DNA of 64,000 nucleotides from the NCBI RefSeq assembly GCF_003217775.1, contig NZ_QJVJ01000012.1, forward strand, positions 1 to 64,000, in the 5' to 3' direction. This document shows positions 48,493 through 58,820 of the stretch, piece by piece (within the stretch, counting starts at the first letter, position 1; the number at the start of each line of letters is the position of its first letter). The DNA is from Paenibacillus flagellatus (GTDB taxonomy: Bacteria > Bacillota > Bacilli > Paenibacillales > NBRC-103111). The position numbers and the translations under genes are program-made. A model generated the notes under the pieces. It had not been told where the DNA came from. It ran no database searches and worked only from the letters and a program-made list of their open reading frames with translations.

Positions 48493-49803
48493 TTGGGAGG
48501 GTCATCGATGGATATCATTTTCTGGATCGCCACGAACGTATTCGGGACGCCGGCCATCCTGCTCGGCGCGATCGTCCTGCTCGGCCTGCTGCTGCAGCGC
48601 AAGACGACGAGCCAAGTGATCAGCGGCACGTTCAAGGCCATTATCGGCTTCCTGATCATCGGCGCTGGCGCTGGCGTCATCGTAGGGGCGCTGAACGTGT
48701 TCGAGCCGATGTGGAAGGAAGTGTTCGGGCTCGAGTCGGAGTCGCTCGGCCAGTTTCTCGGGCAAGAGAAATTCAATGCGCAGTACGGCAGCGCCGTGAC
48801 GCTGGCGATGTTCCTCGGGTTTCTGATCAACGTCCTGCTCGCACGCTTTACGAAGTTCAAGTACATTTATTTGACGGGTCATATGATGTTCTGGACGTCC
48901 ACGGTGTTCGCCGGCGTCGTCGTCCATACGGCCGGAGACGTGCCGTTCTGGAAGCTGGTCGTGTTCCTGTCGGTCATTCTCGGCCTGTACTGGACGTTCC
49001 AGCCCGCGCTGACGCAGCCGATCATGCGCAAAATTACGGGCAACGACAACATCGCCCTCGGCCACACGTCCGCGTCGGTCGCCCTGCTCGGCGGCTTGCT
49101 CGGCAAAGCGTTCGGCAACCGCGCCAACGATTCGGAACGGATTAAGGTGCCGAAAGGGCTGGAATTCCTCCGTGACTCGAACGTCATTACGGCGCTCAGC
49201 ATGGGCGCGCTGTTCCTCATCGGGGCGATCGTCGTCTCGCTGAAAGGAACGCCCGGAGCGGAGGCGCTCGTGAAGAAGGCGGGCGACCAAAACTTCATCA
49301 TATACTCGATCGTGCAATCGTTTACATTCGCCGGCGGCATCGCCATTGTGCTGATGGGCGTGCGGATGTTCATCGGGGAGCTGGTGCCCGCGTTCAACGG
49401 GATCGCCACCAAGCTCGTGCCGGGCGCGAAGCCGGCGCTCGACTGTCCGGTCACGTTCCCGTACGCGCCGAACGCGGTCATTCTCGGCTTTATCGGCGGC
49501 TTCGCCGGGGCGCTCATCTGGCTCGTCGTGCTCGGCAATACGGTGTCGTACATTTTCGTGCCGACGATGATCGTGCTGTTTTTCCACGGCGCGACGGCGG
49601 GGGTGTTCGGCAATGCGACCGGCGGGACGCGCGGGGCGCTGCTCGGCGGCTTCGCTACGGCGACGGTCGTCGCATGGGGGCAATTCGTCATGGTGAAATT
49701 CCTCCTCTCGTCGACGATTCCGGATACGGCGATGTGGGCGGCCGACTCGGATATGTTCATCATCGGACCGGTGATCCGGCTGCTGGCGCAGCTGCTGTTC
49801 TAA
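48493..49803 (+). CDS. PTS EIIC permease (ascorbate-family, UlaA/SgaT-like)
   Basis: 436-aa polytopic membrane protein with UlaA-type helices. Operon position directly after EIIA/EIIB. Confidence 0.8.
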   Translation: MGGSSMDIIFWIATNVFGTPAILLGAIVLLGLLLQRKTTSQVISGTFKAIIGFLIIGAGAGVIVGALNVFEPMWKEVFGLESESLGQFLGQEKFNAQYGSAVTLAMFLGFLINVLLARFTKFKYIYLTGHMMFWTSTVFAGVVVHTAGDVPFWKLVVFLSVILGLYWTFQPALTQPIMRKITGNDNIALGHTSASVALLGGLLGKAFGNRANDSERIKVPKGLEFLRDSNVITALSMGALFLIGAIVVSLKGTPGAEALVKKAGDQNFIIYSIVQSFTFAGGIAIVLMGVRMFIGELVPAFNGIATKLVPGAKPALDCPVTFPYAPNAVILGFIGGFAGALIWLVVLGNTVSYIFVPTMIVLFFHGATAGVFGNATGGTRGALLGGFATATVVAWGQFVMVKFLLSSTIPDTAMWAADSDMFIIGPVIRLLAQLLF

Positions 49804-49832
49804 CCGTTTAACCAGGGAAGGAGACCAGAGAG

Positions 49833-50825
49833 ATGAGCTTCATTCGGACATTGGACGGAGACATACGGCCGGAGCAGCTCGGGTTCACGTACTCGCACGA
49901 GCATATCGTATGCCGGCCGGCCTACTGGGCGGAGCGGGGCGAGGACGATCTGCTGCTGGACGACCCGGAGAAGTCCCGCCGGGACGTCGAAGATTTCAAG
50001 GCTTGCGGCGGCCGGGCGATCGTGGATGCGACGGCGGTCGATTACGGCCGGGACGTTCCCGCGGTTTACCGGATCGGGCGTGAAACGGGCGTCCGCATCG
50101 TCGGGACGGCGGGCTTCAACAAGAGCTTTCTATGGAACGCCCGGATCAAGGAGGAGCTGAAGCCGGTCATCGGCGATTACGGGACGTATGCGGAATGGAT
50201 CGAGAGCCGGTCGATCAACGAGCTGGCCGAGTTCGTCGTCCGCGAGGTGGAGGAAGGGCTGGAAGGGACGCCGCACAAAGCCGGCCAGGTGAAGTTCGGC
50301 ACCGGCTACAACCGGATTACGCCGCTCGAGGAGAAGACGCTTCGGGCGGTCGCCCGGGCCCATCACGAGACGAAGGCGCCGATCCATTCGCATACGGAGG
50401 CCGGTACGATGGCGCTCGAGCAGCTCGAGCTGCTGCGCAGCGAGAAGGTCGACCTGCGCCATGTGAGCCTGGGGCACATGGACCGCAATCCGGATCCGTA
50501 CTTGCATGAGCAGCTGGCCAAGACAGGCGTCTACCTGTGCTTCGACGGCATCGGCAAAATCAAATACGCGCCGGAGAGCGCCCGCATCGCGCTCATTCTC
50601 GAGCTCGTGCGCAAAGGGTACGAGGACCAAATCCTGATCAGCGGCGACACGGCGCGCAAATCGTACTACAAGCATTACGACTACGGCCTCGGGCTGGAGT
50701 ATATCGCGGCGAAATGGCTGCCGCGGTTCAAGAACGAAGCGGAGCGGGCGGGCTTCGACGGCGAGGCGCTGGCGGAAAAGTTTTTCGTGCGCAATCCGGC
50801 GGCTTGCTTCGCCTTCAAAAGGTGA
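49833..50825 (+). CDS. php: Phosphotriesterase-homology protein (Php; amidohydrolase superfamily, probable lactonase)
   Basis: GFTYSHEHI metal-binding HxH at the N-terminus. PTE family length and pattern. Confidence 0.8.
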   Translation: MSFIRTLDGDIRPEQLGFTYSHEHIVCRPAYWAERGEDDLLLDDPEKSRRDVEDFKACGGRAIVDATAVDYGRDVPAVYRIGRETGVRIVGTAGFNKSFLWNARIKEELKPVIGDYGTYAEWIESRSINELAEFVVREVEEGLEGTPHKAGQVKFGTGYNRITPLEEKTLRAVARAHHETKAPIHSHTEAGTMALEQLELLRSEKVDLRHVSLGHMDRNPDPYLHEQLAKTGVYLCFDGIGKIKYAPESARIALILELVRKGYEDQILISGDTARKSYYKHYDYGLGLEYIAAKWLPRFKNEAERAGFDGEALAEKFFVRNPAACFAFKR

Positions 50826-50839
50826 AGGGGGACGGGGCG

Positions 50840-51574
50840 ATGCAGTTCCAATACGAGAACGCGTACGACGTCAAGGAGCGCATCCGATCGAAGCGGGCCG
50901 CGATCCTGCCGATCGGCGCGGTCGAGGCGCACGGCCCCCATCTGCCGCTCGGCACCGACAACGTGCTGGCGGAGCGGCTCGCGGCGAAGCTGGCCGAGCG
51001 GACGGATAGCTATTTGCTGCCGACGCTGCCGTACGGGCAAGTATGGAGCTTGCGGAGCTTTCCCGGCAGCCTGAGCGTGTCGAACGAGGCGCTCGTCCTG
51101 CTGCTGTGCGATATCGGGGAAAGCCTGCACCGCCAAGGGTTCCGCGTGTTCGCGATGGTCAACGGCCACCTCGGCAACGGGACGGCGCTGAAGGAAGCGG
51201 CGAGGCGGCTTGCGGAGTCGGTGCCGGAGCTGAAGGTGTATCATTTCTTCTACCCCGGCTCCAAGGACACGATCGCCCGCGTCCGCGAGTCGCCCCCGGT
51301 CCACGGCGCGTACTTCCACGCCTGCGAGATCGAGACGTCCTACATGCTGTACTTGGCGGGGGAGCTGGTTGACATGGACAAAGCGATTTGCGATATTCCG
51401 AATATCGGCGACGAGGCGGACTGCACGCCGACGCCCTGGGAAACGTTCACGGAGACGGCGGTGCTGGGCGATGCGACGCTCGCCACGAAGGAGAAGGGCG
51501 AAGCGATCGTGGAGGCGAGCCTGGCCGTCATGGCGGAGATGGTGAACCGGGCGAAGGAGCGTGCGTCCGGATAA
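50840..51574 (+). CDS. Creatininase-family amidohydrolase
   Basis: ILPIGAVEAHGPHLPLGTD, the creatininase-family signature. ATG at 50840; the ORF track's 50537 start is an extension. Confidence 0.75.
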   Translation: MQFQYENAYDVKERIRSKRAAILPIGAVEAHGPHLPLGTDNVLAERLAAKLAERTDSYLLPTLPYGQVWSLRSFPGSLSVSNEALVLLLCDIGESLHRQGFRVFAMVNGHLGNGTALKEAARRLAESVPELKVYHFFYPGSKDTIARVRESPPVHGAYFHACEIETSYMLYLAGELVDMDKAICDIPNIGDEADCTPTPWETFTETAVLGDATLATKEKGEAIVEASLAVMAEMVNRAKERASG

Positions 51575-51654
51575 GGCGACTCCGGGTCGGGAAGGTCGAT
51601 TAGAGAAAATCACGGATGGCGAACATCCGGATCGGGAAGGAATGAGGGAGAACC

Positions 51655-52389
51655 ATGATTGAAACGTATTTCCGTACGATCGGGACGATGCTCGAAGACG
51701 TGCTTGCGGCCGAAGCCGGCCGGATGAAGCAAGCCGCCGTCAAGGTGGCGGACTGCATCGAAGCGGGAGGCGTCGTCCACTTGTTCGGCTGCGGCCACTC
51801 GCACCTTTTGACGGAGGAAGTGTTTTATCGAGCCGGGGGACTCGTTCCCGTACGGCCGATCTTTTACGAGCCGCTCATGCTGCATGAAGGGGCGGTCCGC
51901 TCGTCGGAGCTGGAGCGGATGAACGGGCTGGCCGGCGCGTTCATGGACGGTCAGGACATCCGCGAGGGCGAAGTCATGTTCGTGCTGTCCACGTCCGGGC
52001 GCAACCCGGTTCCGGTCGACGTCGCGCTCGCGGCCAAGGCGAAGGGCGCGTATACGATCGGCATTACGTCGATCGCCTATTCGCACAGCCAGCTGTCGCG
52101 CCACGAGAGCGGCAAGCGGCTGTCCGACGCGGTCGATCTCGCGATCGACAACCGCGCGGTGAAGGGCGACGCCGTTCTGACGCACGAGCGGGTGAAGGTG
52201 CCGTTCACGCCGACGTCGACAGTGATCGGAGCGGCGATCCTGAACGCCGTTCTCGCGCAGGCGATCGTCGCGCTGGCCGAGCGCGGCGTGGAGCCGCCGG
52301 TCTTTTTGAGCGGAAATATCGACGGAGCGGATGCGCACAATGAGGCGCTCATCGCGAAGTATCGCGGGCGCATCCCGCTTCTGTCTTGA
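51655..52389 (+). CDS. SIS (sugar isomerase) domain protein
   Basis: VHLFGCGHSHLL...VLSTSGRN, an SIS phosphosugar-binding pattern. Confidence 0.6.
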   Translation: MIETYFRTIGTMLEDVLAAEAGRMKQAAVKVADCIEAGGVVHLFGCGHSHLLTEEVFYRAGGLVPVRPIFYEPLMLHEGAVRSSELERMNGLAGAFMDGQDIREGEVMFVLSTSGRNPVPVDVALAAKAKGAYTIGITSIAYSHSQLSRHESGKRLSDAVDLAIDNRAVKGDAVLTHERVKVPFTPTSTVIGAAILNAVLAQAIVALAERGVEPPVFLSGNIDGADAHNEALIAKYRGRIPLLS

Positions 52390-52406
52390 GATAGGAGGGC
52401 GACATC

Positions 52407-52673
52407 ATGATAGTCCGAACGGTGACGGTGCAAAACGAGCAAGGGTTCCACGTCCGCCCGGCGCAGCTGTTCGTCGAGAAGGCGGGGGCGTTCGAAGCCC
52501 GCATCCGGGTGCGCGGCGGCGCCGGCGAGGCGGACGGCAAAAGCATGCTGGAGCTGATGACGCTCGGGCTGGAAAAGGGATCGGCGCTGACGATCGAAGC
52601 GGACGGCCCGGACGAGGCCGAGGCGGTACGCACGCTGGCCGAGCTTGTCGACGGCCGGTTCGGTGAAGCGTGA
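52407..52673 (+). CDS. HPr-family phosphocarrier protein
   Basis: 88 aa. GFHVRPA contains the active-site His. Confidence 0.8.
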   Translation: MIVRTVTVQNEQGFHVRPAQLFVEKAGAFEARIRVRGGAGEADGKSMLELMTLGLEKGSALTIEADGPDEAEAVRTLAELVDGRFGEA

Positions 52674-54454
52674 TGGCGGCGATGCTGAGGATCGAGGCGA
52701 TCGGCGCATCCGACGGCATCCGCATCGGCCGCGCGTTCCGGCTCGACGAGCCGGAGGCAGCGGCGTCGGCGCCGTGGGCGAGCGAGGGCGCGGCGGCGAG
52801 GGAGCCGCTCGACGAGGCAGCCGAGCTGCGCCGGCTCGAGCGGGCGCGCGACTGCAGCGCGGAGCAACTCGCGGCGCTCGCGGAGAAGGCGCGCGCCGAG
52901 CTCGGCGACGACAAGGCGGCGATTCTCGCCGGCCAGCGCGGCTTCCTGAGCGACCCGGCCTTCTACCCGCCCATCGCGAAGCGGGTGCGGGAGGAGGGTC
53001 GGTCGGCGGAGGAAGCGGTGCGCGACGTCGTCGAGGCGCTCGCCGCGAAGTTCGAGGCGCTCGGCAGCGCGTACATGCGCGAGCGCGCGGCCGACGTCCG
53101 CGACGTCGGCAAGCGGCTGCTGGGCGCGCTGCGCGGCGGCGCGGACGATGCGGCGGGCGGGCCGGCCGGGCTGGCGGCGCTGCGCGAGCCGGCGATTCTC
53201 GTGGCGGCCGACTTGTCGCCGTCCGAGACGGTGCAGCTGGACAAGCGCCGCGTGCTCGCGTTCGTCACCCGCACCGGCGGGAAGACGTCGCACACGGCGA
53301 TCTTGTCGCGCTCGCTCGGCATCCCGGCCGTCGTCGGCGCCGGCGAGCCGCTCGACGCGGTGCGCACCGGCGACACGCTCATCGTCGACGGGGCGGCCGG
53401 CGTCTGCCTCGTCCGGCCGGACGAGGCGACGATTCGCGCCTACAAGGCGCGCCTGGCCGCCGAGCTCGACCGGCTCGCCGCCGAGCGCGAGAGCCGGTTC
53501 CGCCCGGCGGCGTCGGCCGACGGACGGCGCGTCGAGATCGGCGCCAACATCGGCTCGGCGGCCGACGCCGAGACGGCGGCCGACAGCGGGGCGGACGGCG
53601 TTGGGCTGTTCCGCACGGAGTTTCTGTTCATGCAGGCCGACCGGCTGCCGGACGAGGACGAGCAGTACCGCGCGTACCGCGAGGCGGCGGAGCGGATGGG
53701 CGGACGCCCGGTCGTCATCCGCACGATGGATATCGGCGGGGACAAGGCGCTGCCGTACTTGCGGCTGCCGGAGGAGGCGAACCCGTTCCTCGGCTACCGC
53801 GCCATCCGGATCGGTCTCGACCGCGAGGAATGGCTGCGCGTCCAGCTGCGCGCCATCGCGCGGGCGAGCGCCCACGGGACGGTCAAGGCGCTGTTCCCGA
53901 TGATATCTGGGCTCGGCGAATGGCGCCGGGCGAAGCGGCTGCTCGAGGAGGAGCACGCCCGGCTGCGGGACGAGGGACATCCGGTCGCCGAACGGATCGA
54001 AGCCGGCATTATGGTCGAGGTGCCGTCGGCGGCGCTGCTCGCCGACCGGTTCGCCCGCGAGGTCGACTTTTTCAGCATCGGCACGAACGATCTCGTCCAA
54101 TATACGCTTGCCGTCGACCGGATGAACGAGAAGGTGGCGCCGCTGTACGATTACTTCCATCCGGCGGTGCTGCAGCTCGTCCGCCGCGTCATCGACGCGT
54201 CCCATGCCTGCGGCAAATGGACGGGCATGTGCGGCGGGATGGCCGGCGATCCGCTCGCCGCGCCGCTTCTGCTCGGCTTCGGGCTGGACGAATGGAGCAT
54301 GGAGGCGGGGGCGATCCCGAAGGTGAAGGCCGCGCTGTCCCGGCTCGACAGCGGACGATGCCGCGAGCTGGCCGATCGGGCGGTCGCGCTCGATACGCCG
54401 GAGGAAGTAAGGGCGGAGCTGGAACGATTCGTGCGTGTTGGAGGCGGGGAATGA
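52670..54454 (+). CDS. ptsI: Phosphoenolpyruvate-protein phosphotransferase (PTS enzyme I)
   Basis: GGKTSHTAILSR phosphohistidine site. PEP-utilising C-terminal TIM barrel with GTNDLVQY. 4-nt overlap with the HPr gene. Confidence 0.9.
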   Translation: MMAAMLRIEAIGASDGIRIGRAFRLDEPEAAASAPWASEGAAAREPLDEAAELRRLERARDCSAEQLAALAEKARAELGDDKAAILAGQRGFLSDPAFYPPIAKRVREEGRSAEEAVRDVVEALAAKFEALGSAYMRERAADVRDVGKRLLGALRGGADDAAGGPAGLAALREPAILVAADLSPSETVQLDKRRVLAFVTRTGGKTSHTAILSRSLGIPAVVGAGEPLDAVRTGDTLIVDGAAGVCLVRPDEATIRAYKARLAAELDRLAAERESRFRPAASADGRRVEIGANIGSAADAETAADSGADGVGLFRTEFLFMQADRLPDEDEQYRAYREAAERMGGRPVVIRTMDIGGDKALPYLRLPEEANPFLGYRAIRIGLDREEWLRVQLRAIARASAHGTVKALFPMISGLGEWRRAKRLLEEEHARLRDEGHPVAERIEAGIMVEVPSAALLADRFAREVDFFSIGTNDLVQYTLAVDRMNEKVAPLYDYFHPAVLQLVRRVIDASHACGKWTGMCGGMAGDPLAAPLLLGFGLDEWSMEAGAIPKVKAALSRLDSGRCRELADRAVALDTPEEVRAELERFVRVGGGE

Positions 54455-54498
54455 GCGACGAGGGAAGCGGCTGCGGCCGCTTCCCTCGTTTGCCTGCT

Positions 54499-55167
54499 TT
54501 ACGTTTCTCGGCCTCGGCCCGCGCCCAATTCCCGCAGGATGTCGTCCGTCGCCAGCTGGCGGCAGAAGCCGCTCATCGCCTTCAGCGCGTTGTCGTGCTG
54601 CTCGGCCGAATACGTGACGCAGGCGTCGACGGCGAGCGTTACGTCGTAGTTCAAGTCGCAGGCGTCGCGGACCGCGGATTCGACGCATTGGTCGGTCAGC
54701 AAGCCGCAGACGATCAGATGGCGGATGCCGAGATTGCGGAGAATATAGTCGATGTGCGTGGCGATGAACACGTTCGTCGCCGTCTTCGGGAGGACGATTT
54801 CGTCGCCGATCGGCGCAATGTCGGCCAGCACCTGGGCGTCCCACGATCCTTTGGGCACGTGGATGCCGGCCAGCTTATGATCGCGGCTGCGGTCGCGTCC
54901 GTCGAGCGTCAAGCTTTCGATGACCGTGTACAGCACTTCGACGCCGGATTGCCGGCAGCCGTGCAGCAGCCGCCGCATGCCGGGCAGCGCTCTCGCATGC
55001 AGCTGCTCGAAAAAATACCCGTACTGCCGCTCGAGCTCGTCGTCGCTCAAATGCCGGAACTCGCCGCCCTGGCGGTGAGCGGCGTAATGCTGCACGTCCA
55101 CGATCAGGAGGGCGGTATCGCGCCTTGCGGGAGCGGTTCCGGGAAGTTCGTCCGTCGAATGTTCCAT
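54499..55167 (-). CDS. Isochorismatase-family (cysteine hydrolase) protein
   Basis: ALLIVDVQHY at the N-terminus. LIVCGLLTDQCVESAV contains the catalytic Cys. Confidence 0.75.
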   Translation of the reverse strand: MEHSTDELPGTAPARRDTALLIVDVQHYAAHRQGGEFRHLSDDELERQYGYFFEQLHARALPGMRRLLHGCRQSGVEVLYTVIESLTLDGRDRSRDHKLAGIHVPKGSWDAQVLADIAPIGDEIVLPKTATNVFIATHIDYILRNLGIRHLIVCGLLTDQCVESAVRDACDLNYDVTLAVDACVTYSAEQHDNALKAMSGFCRQLATDDILRELGAGRGRET

Positions 55168-55326
55168 GTCGGGGCCTCCGTTGGATGGATTTTCATCCCA
55201 TTTTCCTGAATTTTACATCGTTCGATTGGCGGTTGCAACCTGCCGGCCGTTCACAAAGTGCTCATTAGGAGTCGGACCGCCGCTTCGCTATAATAAACGT
55301 ATCATAACGTAAACGGGGTAGGGCGT

Positions 55327-56469
55327 GTGGCGATGCGGCGGGAACGGTTACGGGAGGAAGCCGAGCGGTTTATCCGCGCGTGCGGCGGCGAGCTGGGGTG
55401 GAGCCGGGAGGCGACGGAGAGTCGGGTGCGCGACGTGCGGGAGGCGATCGCTTCGGCCGGACGGTACGAGCATACGGCGGAGGAGCTGCGCCACGGCGCG
55501 CGGATGGCTTGGCGCAACAGCAACCGGTGCATCGGCCGGCTGTTCTGGGAGACGCTGGAGGTGCGCGACGCGCGCCATCTCGATACGGAGGAAGCGATCT
55601 TCGAGTCGCTGCTCGGGCATATCGAATACGCGACGAACGGCGGCAAAGTCCGCCCGGCCATTACGGTTTTTCCGGCCGACCGGAGTCCCGAGGAGCGGGT
55701 GCGCCTTTGGAACTACCAGCTGATCCGGTACGCCGGCTACGAGACGGAGCACGGCATCGTCGGCGATCCCGACTCGGTGGCGATGACGAACGTGTGCCGG
55801 AAGCTGGGCTGGAGCGGCGAAGGGACGGCGTTCGACGTGCTTCCGCTCGTCGTGCAGGTCGGGGGACGGGAGCCGAAGCTGTTCCCGATTCCGCGGGAGC
55901 TCGTGCTCGAAGTGCCGATCGCGCATCCCGAGCTGGCCGGGTTCGCGGAGCTGGGCTTGAAATGGTACGCCGTACCGATCGTCTCCAACATGCGGCTCGA
56001 CATCGGGGGCGTTTCCTATTCGGCGGCGCCGTTCAACGGCTGGTACATGGGGACGGAGATCGCGGCGCGCAACTTCGCGGACGCGGGACGGTACGACATG
56101 CTGCCGCGCGTCGCTTCGCTGATGGGGCTCGATACGTCGCGGGAATCGTCCTTGTGGCGGGATAGGGCGCTCGTGGAGCTAAACATTGCCGTGCTTCATT
56201 CGTACAAGCGGCAGGGGGTGTCGATCGTCGACCATCATACGGCGGCGCGGCAGTTCGTCCAGTTCGAGGAACGGGAACGGACATGCGGCCGCGACGTGAC
56301 GGGAGAGTGGACGTGGCTCATTCCGCCGGTTTCGCCGGCGGCGACGCCCGTCTTCCACCGGCATTACGACAACCGGACGGTGACGCCGAATTTCTTTTAT
56401 CCGGACGAGGCGGCGCCGCCCGAGAGTCGGACCTGCCCGTTCTCCGCGGGAGCGGCGGCTACATCATAG
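55327..56469 (+). CDS. nos: Bacterial nitric oxide synthase, oxygenase domain only (bNOS)
   Basis: WRNSNRCIGRLFWETLEVRD, the heme-thiolate signature. Also WYAVPIVSNM and GWYMGTEIA. No reductase domain present. Confidence 0.85.
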   Translation: MAMRRERLREEAERFIRACGGELGWSREATESRVRDVREAIASAGRYEHTAEELRHGARMAWRNSNRCIGRLFWETLEVRDARHLDTEEAIFESLLGHIEYATNGGKVRPAITVFPADRSPEERVRLWNYQLIRYAGYETEHGIVGDPDSVAMTNVCRKLGWSGEGTAFDVLPLVVQVGGREPKLFPIPRELVLEVPIAHPELAGFAELGLKWYAVPIVSNMRLDIGGVSYSAAPFNGWYMGTEIAARNFADAGRYDMLPRVASLMGLDTSRESSLWRDRALVELNIAVLHSYKRQGVSIVDHHTAARQFVQFEERERTCGRDVTGEWTWLIPPVSPAATPVFHRHYDNRTVTPNFFYPDEAAPPESRTCPFSAGAAATS

Positions 56470-56480
56470 TGTGAGGGGCA

Positions 56481-57206
56481 TTACGGCGACGCCGACGGGG
56501 GAGACTCCGCAAGCGTCGCCGGCTGCGTTTGCCCCGCGTCTCGTCGACTGTTATCCTCGATCGTCTGCTCGACGATGTGCAGATGGTACGCGATTTTATT
56601 GCGGTGTGCGGTCCGGTACCAGGTATGTACCAGAGCGACGAAAAAAAGCGTAATCACCGTCGTCGTAATCGGGGCGAGCGAGCCGATGACGGCGCCGAAT
56701 AGATCGCCGGCCGAGCCGCTTTCCGACCCCGTTGTTGAAGCTGGGCGGTTTACGACAAACGCGAGCAGGTTGTTCGACGTCGTCACGAGAATCCCGAGCA
56801 TGAACGTGAAGACGGGGAGAACGAACCTCGTCAGCAGCTCGAACGCGCCTTGAAAGTAGGATAGGCGGCCGCCGCGAACGGTCAATTGCAAGCGGATTCC
56901 TTTCAGTTCGGTCTCGTCCAAACGGCCGTAAGCGTAGCACAGCCGCCGGAGCTCGACGTCCCGCTTGCGATTCCTCCGGACTCTGCCGGGAAGACGCTCC
57001 CATTCCCGCATATACGAAGCAAGCGGGTGCTCCAGCTCGTCTTTCAACAGGTGAAGCCGAACCGCTTCCACGAAGACGTATACGAAAAAAACGGCTAATG
57101 CTATGTAAACCAAAGCCTCATTCCATCCGATTGTCGTAACCCCCCCGAACCGATCCTTCCGGCAAGTACTTCCATTATAACGCAAAGCCCGTCCGGCAGG
57201 TTTCAA
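56481..57206 (-). CDS. Hypothetical membrane protein (start uncertain)
   Basis: Several TM helices. No convincing RBS at the ORF-track start. An internal TATAAT suggests the true start is downstream. Confidence 0.35.
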   Translation of the reverse strand: MKPAGRALRYNGSTCRKDRFGGVTTIGWNEALVYIALAVFFVYVFVEAVRLHLLKDELEHPLASYMREWERLPGRVRRNRKRDVELRRLCYAYGRLDETELKGIRLQLTVRGGRLSYFQGAFELLTRFVLPVFTFMLGILVTTSNNLLAFVVNRPASTTGSESGSAGDLFGAVIGSLAPITTTVITLFFVALVHTWYRTAHRNKIAYHLHIVEQTIEDNSRRDAGQTQPATLAESPPSASP

Positions 57207-57284
57207 AAATAATCGGCTGCCGCGCGAAACCGCGTGGCCGCATCCTCCGGAATGACGTTCGTTCGAGGACGCCCCCGATTCCGG

Positions 57285-57677
57285 CTATTCGGTTTTGCCG
57301 GCCAGCGCGGTTTTCGACCGGTACGTTTCGCCCCATTCCTTCATTTTCAAAATGATCGGGACGAGCGTCTGGCCGAACGGCGTGAGCGAATATTCCACTT
57401 TGGGGGGAACCTGGTGATAGACCTCGCGATGGACGATGCCGTCCTCCTCCAATTCCCGGAGCTGCAGCGTCAACATCCGCTGCGTGATCGCGGGGCATAT
57501 TTTCCGAAACTCGTTGAATCGGACCGGCCCTCGGATCATATGAAACAGCAGCACGCCCTTCCACTTGCCTCCGATGACATCCAGCGTATATTCCACCGGA
57601 CACCCTTGCTCGTTCGGACAATGACCGTATCCGCTTTTGCGATCGCGCATTCCCGCTTCCTCCTTCACAGTATACAA
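57285..57677 (-). CDS. HxlR-family transcriptional regulator
   Basis: [22 protein letters not shown]...RFNEF...[19 protein letters not shown], a canonical HxlR pattern. Confidence 0.85.
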   Translation of the reverse strand: MYTVKEEAGMRDRKSGYGHCPNEQGCPVEYTLDVIGGKWKGVLLFHMIRGPVRFNEFRKICPAITQRMLTLQLRELEEDGIVHREVYHQVPPKVEYSLTPFGQTLVPIILKMKEWGETYRSKTALAGKTE

Positions 57678-57778
57678 ATGGATACTATATCACATTCATG
57701 TGCGTACTTACTATTCTAAAACGATTGCGATAAGATAACAACCAAGAACGCAAAGAAGGAAACAGGAGGAATGGGAAT

Positions 57779-58813
57779 ATGACGCCAAACACGATGAAAG
57801 CGGTCGGGCTGTACCGTTATTTGCCGATCGGCCATGCGGAGAGCTTGATGGACGTCGAGATCGAGAAGCCGGTTCCGGCAGGCCGGGACGTGCTGGTCCG
57901 GGTGAAGGCGATTTCCGTCAATCCGGTCGACGTCAAAGTCCGGTCGCCGAAAGACCGGGAGGAACGCACGCCGAGAGTGCTCGGCTGGGACGTCGCGGGC
58001 GTGGTGGAGCAGATCGGGCCGGAGTGCGTGCTGTTCCAGCCCGGCGACGACGTGTACTACGCCGGCAGCATCGATCGTCCGGGAGGCAACAGCGAGTTCC
58101 ATCTCGTCGACGAGCGAATCGTCGGCAGGAAGCCGGCCTCGCTCGATTTCGCGCAAGCGGCGGCGCTGCCGTTAACGTCCATCACCGCTTGGGAAGGGCT
58201 GTTCGACCGTCTCGGCGTTTCATCCGACCCCGCCGAAAATGCGGGCAAATCGATCTTGATCATCGGCGCCGCGGGCGGCGTCGGCTCGGTTGCGACACAG
58301 CTGGCCCGATACGCCGGACTGACGGTCGTCGGCACGGCCTCCCGTCCCGAATCGGTCGAGTGGGTGAAGAGCCTCGGCGCGGACTACACGATCAATCATT
58401 ATGAGGAGTTCGTGCCACAGCTCCAGGCGATCGGCTTGCAGCAGGTCGACTACATCTTTTGCTTGAACAGCATGGAGAAGCATTGGAGCAGGATGGCCGA
58501 AGCGATTGCGCCGCAAGGCAAAATATGCGCGATCGCCGAGACGGGCGGCCCGTTGGATCTCCTGCCGCTGAAAAACAAAAGCGTCACGTTCGTCTGGGAG
58601 CTGATGTTTACCCGGCCGATGTTCCGGACCGAGGATATGATCGAGCAGCACAACCTGCTGAACGCGGTAGCGGACTTGGTCGATCGGAACATCGTCCGGA
58701 CGACGGTAACCGAGAAGCTGGAGCCGATCGACGCCGCCAATCTGCGCAAAGCCCACGCCATGGTGGAAACGGGCCGTATGATGGGAAAGGTCGTGCTGGA
58801 GCGTTTCCGTTAA
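57779..58813 (+). CDS. Zinc-binding alcohol dehydrogenase-family/quinone oxidoreductase (MDR superfamily)
   Basis: GAAGGVGSVATQLA Rossmann motif. MDR layout, 344 aa. Confidence 0.8.
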   Translation: MTPNTMKAVGLYRYLPIGHAESLMDVEIEKPVPAGRDVLVRVKAISVNPVDVKVRSPKDREERTPRVLGWDVAGVVEQIGPECVLFQPGDDVYYAGSIDRPGGNSEFHLVDERIVGRKPASLDFAQAAALPLTSITAWEGLFDRLGVSSDPAENAGKSILIIGAAGGVGSVATQLARYAGLTVVGTASRPESVEWVKSLGADYTINHYEEFVPQLQAIGLQQVDYIFCLNSMEKHWSRMAEAIAPQGKICAIAETGGPLDLLPLKNKSVTFVWELMFTRPMFRTEDMIEQHNLLNAVADLVDRNIVRTTVTEKLEPIDAANLRKAHAMVETGRMMGKVVLERFR

Positions 58814-58820
58814 TCGGCAA

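Noticed and set aside
51585-51639. Imperfect 13-bp direct repeat CGG(G/A)TCGGGAAGG, two copies, between the creatininase-family and SIS genes
   Set aside because: Only two copies, with a mismatch. Could simply be a duplicated RBS-like purine tract. Insufficient to call a regulatory site.
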